NCBI GenBank assembly: GCA_040902005.1
Contig: JBBDYA010000005.1
Coordinates: forward strand, 1-53,180
DNA length: 53,180 nt
Direction: 5' to 3'
Source of the DNA: Gemmatimonadaceae bacterium
GTDB lineage: Bacteria; Gemmatimonadota; Gemmatimonadetes; Gemmatimonadales; Gemmatimonadaceae
Position 1 is the stretch's first letter. The number at the start of each line of letters is the position of its first letter. Shown piece by piece: positions 48,070 through 53,180 of the stretch. Made by a program: the position numbers and the translations under genes. The notes under the pieces were generated by a model. The model had not been told where the DNA came from, did no database searches, and saw only the letters and a program-made list of their open reading frames with translations.

Positions 48070-50459
48070 TGCTCGTCGCCCTTGGCGTCATCGCGCAGCT
48101 CGCGATCGTGGCGCACGCACCGGACACGGTGAACGCCTGCCAGGCGGTGGAAGTGTCGGTCGCCATCAGCGCGCCCGATCGGGGAATTCCGCGCCTCGTC
48201 ACGCCGTCGTTCCATCCGTTCGATGTGCTGCGCGGCACGACCACGCCGCGCGTCCAGCGCCGGTCGCCCCAGTCATTCGTCACCGAGTACCGGTACACGA
48301 TCACCACCGATCGGGTCGGGCAGTACACGATCCCGCCCTTCGAGGCGCGCGTCGGCGGGACTCGCGTCGTGTCGCGCCCGCTCACGCTCACGGTGCGCGA
48401 GCCGCGTGGACGGGTTGCGCCGGCGGTCGTGACGCGCGCGCGAATCGACACCAGCGCATCGCCCGGCCTGCTGGCCGACCCCAGCGCCCGGACCGACACC
48501 GTGTTCATCGGGCAGCAGGCCACCTACGAGGTGGCGGTTTTCCTCAACGCCGAGGTGCGGCAGCGGCTGCGTCGCAATCCCACCTTCTACCCGCCCGACA
48601 TGCAGGCGGTGCTCGCGTACGACCTGCCCGCGATGCCACTGGTCGCGCGACAGTCGGGGTCGACGTGTTTCGACGCGCTGGTCTACCGCCGCGCGCTCTT
48701 CCCCCTCACCGCCGGCCGGCTCGCGATTCCCCCCGCGCAGCTGGTCTACAACATGAGCATCTCGCCGCTCATGTATCGCGCGGAGGAGAGCCATGAGCTG
48801 CAGACCGACAGCGTCACGATCATCGCGGTGGAGCCGCCGGCGGCGGGACGGCCGCCGGAATATGCGGGCGCGGTGGGCAGCGTGCGCGTCGACGCCAGTC
48901 TCGACTCCACGGACAAGCGCGTGGGCGACCCCATGCTGTTCACCGTGCGCGTCACGGGCGCGGGCAACGTGAAGCTCTTCCCGCGACCGGCGGTGCGCAT
49001 GCCTTGGGCGGGGCTCGTGCCCGCGGACGAGCGCGTGAGCATGGACTCGAGCAGCGCCCGGATCGGGGGCGTGAAGGAATTCGATTGGGTGCTCACGCCG
49101 CGCATCGCGGGCGAGTTCGACGTGCCCCCGGTGCGCTACGGATACTTCGATCCGTCCCGCCGGCGCTATGACGTCGCGGTGGCGCCGGCCAGCCGCGTCC
49201 GCATCGGGAGCGGTGCGCTGGCGTCCTCGGACACCGGTGACGCGGAGGCGGTGCTTGACATCCGCACGCGCTACGGCGGGCGCGCGTGGCCGCCCCTGCA
49301 GTCGCGCGCGACATTCTGGTTCGCGATGGCGCTGATCCCGGTGCCAGCCATCGTCTCCCGCGCGCGGCGCCGGGTCGCCCAACGCCGGAAGGGCGCCACG
49401 GAGAATCCGATGCGCGCGCTGCTTGGCGCACGGCCGTCCGATGATGCGGTGCGGCTGCGTCGACAGTTCGTGCGCGCGCTCGCCCTTCGCCTGGGATGCA
49501 ACCCCGAGGACTTCACGCATCCCGGTGCCCTCGATCGTTCCCTGCGGCGCTCCGGTGTGTCCAGGGAAACCGCGGCGAACGCCGAGGCGCTCCTCCGCGA
49601 GCTGGATTCCGCCGCGTACGCGAGATCCGGTTCCGTGCCGCGCGGGGCCGGGATGACCGCGCGCGCCGTTGCGCGTGCCGTGGACGAGGAAGCGCTGGCG
49701 CGCTCGGAGCTGCCCTTCTGGGTGCCGCTGGCTTTCTTCGTCTTGTCGCTCGGGCTGGCAGCGAACGCCGCCGCGGCAGATACCGCCGCCACCCATTTTT
49801 CGCGCGGTGTGTCCGCGTACCTGCGCGCCCAGTACGATGCATCGCGCGACGCATTCGCCGCCGCGGTGTCGGCGGAGCCCGCGTCGCCGGACGCCTGGGC
49901 CAACTTCGGCACCGCGAGCTGGACCCTCGCGGACACCTCGGCGGCGGTGCTCGGCTGGCGGCAGGCGCTCGCGATCCAGCCGGGCGCGGTGGACCTTCAG
50001 GATCGCATGGGCCTGCTGGGTGCCGCGTCACCGTCCGAGCCCGGATGGGTGCCGTCGCTTCCGCGCAACGCGTCGGTCTGGTTGTTCGCGGGACTCTGGG
50101 TTGCGGCGTGGGCGCTCGCGTTCCTGGCGCACGCGCCGCGGTGGCGCGAGCAGTTCGGCTGGATGTCGCGCTGGCCGCTGCCGCTCGCGGGCACGGCGCT
50201 CGTCGTCGGCGTGCTCGCGGTCGAGCTGGAGACGCGGATCGCCGGGGCGCGGCTGGGGATCGTGCGCGGTGCCGTCGCCCTCAGCTCCGATCCGGCGATG
50301 GGCATGGATCGTGGCCCTGCGCTCGCCACCGGCGAAATCGTCACGATCGCGGCGCGTCGGGGCGGGTGGACGCGTGTGGAGGCGCGCGGAGACCGCGAGG
50401 GATGGATCGCCGCCTCACAACTGTACTTGGTGGACGCTCGCCGCATTCCGCGCGATTGA
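48069..50459 (+). CDS. BatD-family protein with fused C-terminal TPR and SH3b (BatE-like) region
   Basis: Ig-like repeats, GAVG, G.GN, YFDP, TM segment, AWANFG (TPR), W.RV.....EGWI (SH3). Confidence 0.8.
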   Translation: MLVALGVIAQLAIVAHAPDTVNACQAVEVSVAISAPDRGIPRLVTPSFHPFDVLRGTTTPRVQRRSPQSFVTEYRYTITTDRVGQYTIPPFEARVGGTRVVSRPLTLTVREPRGRVAPAVVTRARIDTSASPGLLADPSARTDTVFIGQQATYEVAVFLNAEVRQRLRRNPTFYPPDMQAVLAYDLPAMPLVARQSGSTCFDALVYRRALFPLTAGRLAIPPAQLVYNMSISPLMYRAEESHELQTDSVTIIAVEPPAAGRPPEYAGAVGSVRVDASLDSTDKRVGDPMLFTVRVTGAGNVKLFPRPAVRMPWAGLVPADERVSMDSSSARIGGVKEFDWVLTPRIAGEFDVPPVRYGYFDPSRRRYDVAVAPASRVRIGSGALASSDTGDAEAVLDIRTRYGGRAWPPLQSRATFWFAMALIPVPAIVSRARRRVAQRRKGATENPMRALLGARPSDDAVRLRRQFVRALALRLGCNPEDFTHPGALDRSLRRSGVSRETAANAEALLRELDSAAYARSGSVPRGAGMTARAVARAVDEEALARSELPFWVPLAFFVLSLGLAANAAAADTAATHFSRGVSAYLRAQYDASRDAFAAAVSAEPASPDAWANFGTASWTLADTSAAVLGWRQALAIQPGAVDLQDRMGLLGAASPSEPGWVPSLPRNASVWLFAGLWVAAWALAFLAHAPRWREQFGWMSRWPLPLAGTALVVGVLAVELETRIAGARLGIVRGAVALSSDPAMGMDRGPALATGEIVTIAARRGGWTRVEARGDREGWIAASQLYLVDARRIPRD

Positions 50460-50490
50460 GAACGGTCCGCGCCGGGCCTAGCTTGCCACG

Positions 50491-52260
50491 ATGGTGCGAT
50501 CCGAGCCGCCCGAGTCGTTGATGTCTTCCACGCCCCTCCCCCCCTCCGCGCGGCAGACACCTGGCCGTCCTCCGGATGGGCGTCCGCGCATCGCGGTGCT
50601 CCCCGCCGCGGTGGCCGACCAGATCGCGGCGGGCGAGGTGGTCGAACGCCCCGCATCCGTCGTCAAGGAGCTGATCGAGAACGCGCTCGACGCGGGAGCC
50701 ACCGCGCTCGACGTGCTGGCCGAAGAGGGGGGACGGCAGCGCATTCGGGTGAGCGACGACGGCATCGGGATGACGCGCGACGATGCGCTGCTCGCGCTCG
50801 AGCGCCACGCCACGTCCAAGATTCGTCAGGCCGAGGATCTCGTTGGGGTGGGCACGTTCGGCTTTCGGGGCGAAGCGATGCCGGCGATCTGCTCGGTGTC
50901 CCACTTCGCGGTGGAGACCGCCGCGGAAGACGGCGCCGGCACGCGCGTGATCGCTGCCGGCGGCACCATCCGGGAGGTGGAGGGGGTGGCGCGGCGCCGC
51001 GGCACCACGGTGGACGTCACCCGGCTGTTCTACAATGCGCCGGCGCGCCAGAAGTTCCTTCGCAGCGCGCGCAGCGAATGGCGCGCCGTGCTGGACGTGG
51101 TGAGCACCATGGCGCTCACCCGCCGCGACGTGCGGATCACGCTCACGCACGACACGCGCGAGGTGCTGTCGCTGGCGATCGCACAGTCGCTGCGCGAGCG
51201 GGTGGCCGCGCTCTGGAGCGCGGACTATGCGGCCCGGTTCGTGGACGTGGACGACGTGAGTGGGCCGTTTCATGTCAGCGGCCTTGCGGAGCGGCCGGCG
51301 GATGTCGGCATGTCCTCGCGTCGCGTGCATCTCACCGTGAACGGCCGGGCGATCCGCGACCATGGACTCGTGCGCGCTGCGGAGGCGGCCTATCGCTCCA
51401 CGCTGCCGTCGGGGCACCGTCCCTCGCTCTTTCTGGACATCGTGGTGCCCGCAGACGTCGTGGACGTCAACGTGCATCCCGCCAAGGCAGAGGTGCGGTT
51501 TCGCGATCGATGGACGGTGGAGCGGGCGATCGAACACGCGATCCGGCGCGCGCTCGGCACGCCGGACAGCGCGGCGTCGCTAGGCGCCCCGATGATCTGG
51601 GCGCCGCGCGCGGATTGGTCCGGCGGCGCGCCCGGGGGGGGGGGGGGGCCCCACCGCCGCCGCCGCGGTGGAGTCGGACGCGTGGATGACTCCGTGCCTC
51701 CGCTGATCCAGCTGCGCCGCACCTACCTGATGTTCGAGTCCGATACCGGCGTCGTGCTGATCGACCAGCACGCCGCGCACGAGCGCGTGCTTTACGAGCA
51801 GTTCATGGGTGCGCTGGAGAGCGGGGCGAGCCCGTCGCAACGACTGCTCTTTCCGCTGACGCTCGCTCTGACCGGCGCGGAATCAGAGGCGCTCGACGCG
51901 CATCGTGACCTGCTGGGGGCCCTCGGCTACGAACTCGAGGGGTTTGGCGGACAGACGCTCATCGTGCACGCGGTGCCCGCCCCGCACCCGCGTTTCGATG
52001 CGGAGCGGTGCCTTCGTGACACGCTGACCGCGCTCACCGGCGATCGGGTCGCGTCGTCCGCCGCGCGACATCAGCGCCTGGCGGCGACGGTCGCGTGCAA
52101 GGCCGCGGTCAAGGCGGGCGACGCGCTGGCGCCACCGGAGATGCGCGCGCTGTTCCTCGCGCTGCGCGACTGCAAGCTCCCCGCGCACGACGTGCACGGC
52201 CGCTCCAGCATCGTGCAACTTGCGTGGGATGAACTCGAGCGACGCTTCGGCCGCCGCTGA
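50491..52260 (+). CDS. mutL: DNA mismatch repair endonuclease MutL
   Basis: IAAGEVVERPASVVKELIENALDAGA, HATSK, GFRGEA, DVNVHPAK, DQHAAHER, ACK. Confidence 0.96.
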   Translation: MVRSEPPESLMSSTPLPPSARQTPGRPPDGRPRIAVLPAAVADQIAAGEVVERPASVVKELIENALDAGATALDVLAEEGGRQRIRVSDDGIGMTRDDALLALERHATSKIRQAEDLVGVGTFGFRGEAMPAICSVSHFAVETAAEDGAGTRVIAAGGTIREVEGVARRRGTTVDVTRLFYNAPARQKFLRSARSEWRAVLDVVSTMALTRRDVRITLTHDTREVLSLAIAQSLRERVAALWSADYAARFVDVDDVSGPFHVSGLAERPADVGMSSRRVHLTVNGRAIRDHGLVRAAEAAYRSTLPSGHRPSLFLDIVVPADVVDVNVHPAKAEVRFRDRWTVERAIEHAIRRALGTPDSAASLGAPMIWAPRADWSGGAPGGGGGPHRRRRGGVGRVDDSVPPLIQLRRTYLMFESDTGVVLIDQHAAHERVLYEQFMGALESGASPSQRLLFPLTLALTGAESEALDAHRDLLGALGYELEGFGGQTLIVHAVPAPHPRFDAERCLRDTLTALTGDRVASSAARHQRLAATVACKAAVKAGDALAPPEMRALFLALRDCKLPAHDVHGRSSIVQLAWDELERRFGRR

Positions 52261-52267
52261 GGCGCCC

Positions 52268-53180
52268 GTGTCCTGCGTGACGGTCCCTGTCATCTGCGGG
52301 CCGACCGCGTCGGGAAAGAATGCGGTGGCGATGTGGCTTTCGCTGCGTCGCGAGATCACGATCATCAGTGCCGACTCGCGCCAGATCTATCGCGGCTTCG
52401 ACATCGGCACCGCGAAGCCCTCGGCGGAAGACCAGGCGCGCGTGCCACACCGCGGCGTGGACGTTGCCGAGCCGACGGAGCGCTACTCGGCGGCGCAGTG
52501 GGGCTCGCTCGCGCGGACCGCGATCCACGACGCCATCGCGGCAGGGCGACAGCCCGTCATCGTCGGCGGCACGGGATTCTACATCGGCGCGCTTTTCCAG
52601 CCGCTGTGGGAGCAGCCGTCGCTGGATCCGGACCGGCGGGAGGCGGTGCAGCGTGTGCTCGATGCCCAGTCCACCGACGAGTTGAGGCGCTGGTGCGCCG
52701 CCCTCGATCCCGACCGCGCGCACCTGGGACGAGCCCAGCTGCTGCGCGCGGTGGAAATCGCTCTCCTCACGGGCGAGCGGCTCAGCCACCTGCACGTGAC
52801 GCGTGCGCGGCCGACCGAGTGGCGGGGTAGCTATCTTCTGGTCGATCCCGGCATGGAACTGCCGTCACGCATCGTGGCGCGCGCGTCCGCCATGTTCGAT
52901 GCCGGGTGGCCGGAGGAGGTGCGCCGGCTGATGGACCTGGTGCCGGAGGACGCGCCGGCGTGGCACGCCTCCGGCTACGACGCCGTTCGGGACCTGGTGC
53001 GGGTGGGGGGGGCAATCACCAGCACGGCGGCGCTCGAACGCGTAGTCATCGAGACGCGGCAGTACGCCAAGCGGCAGCGCACCTGGTTCCGGCACCAGCT
53101 GGCCAGGGAGGATGTGCGACGGCTGGCCTTCGGCGAGAGCGGGTGGCAGGAGAAGGTGGACCGCTGGATCACGGAAGTCG
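52268..53180 (+). CDS. miaA: tRNA dimethylallyltransferase, runs off the window end
   Basis: Hand translation gives GPTASGK, SADSRQIYRGFDIGTAKP, VGGTGFY, TRQYAKRQRTWF. Follows mutL; absent from the ORF track because there is no stop in the window. Confidence 0.95.
   Translation, partial: MSCVTVPVICGPTASGKNAVAMWLSLRREITIISADSRQIYRGFDIGTAKPSAEDQARVPHRGVDVAEPTERYSAAQWGSLARTAIHDAIAAGRQPVIVGGTGFYIGALFQPLWEQPSLDPDRREAVQRVLDAQSTDELRRWCAALDPDRAHLGRAQLLRAVEIALLTGERLSHLHVTRARPTEWRGSYLLVDPGMELPSRIVARASAMFDAGWPEEVRRLMDLVPEDAPAWHASGYDAVRDLVRVGGAITSTAALERVVIETRQYAKRQRTWFRHQLAREDVRRLAFGESGWQEKVDRWITEV

Noticed and set aside
52298..52325. MiaA P-loop reads GPTASGKN instead of GK[T/S].
   Set aside because: A single-base difference that could be a tolerated variant or an error; all other motifs are intact.

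Overview
High-GC bacterial chromosomal segment. The gene content (DUF5916 outer-membrane protein, PadR plus duplicated orphan permease, bat/MoxR operon) suggests Gemmatimonadota or a relative, but this is inference. The right half (35.3-53.2 kb) is housekeeping: pyrR-pyrB-pyrC, rpsT, site-2 protease-scpA-scpB-rluB, a moxR/DUF58/VWA/BatD operon, mutL and miaA (truncated by the window end). The left half is a mosaic of accessory genes. No rRNA, tRNA, CRISPR array or transposase was seen. Best leads: (1) a cholesterol-dependent-cytolysin-like (CDCL) lipoprotein with a LamG-like C-terminal domain, translationally coupled to a stand-alone receiver protein inside a run of co-oriented uncharacterised exported genes; (2) a 181-bp almost fully palindromic MITE-like element with IS5-type ends; (3) an mlaE-F-D operon whose only ATPase lacks Walker A, the signature motif and the catalytic Glu; (4) a cytochrome c fused to a PHM-type copper monooxygenase domain; (5) repeated TAnnnT-N6/7-start motifs suggesting leaderless transcription; (6) several clear operator palindromes. 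Long G runs, including G15 in mutL, may be sequencing artefacts. All product calls come from motif recognition, not database searches.
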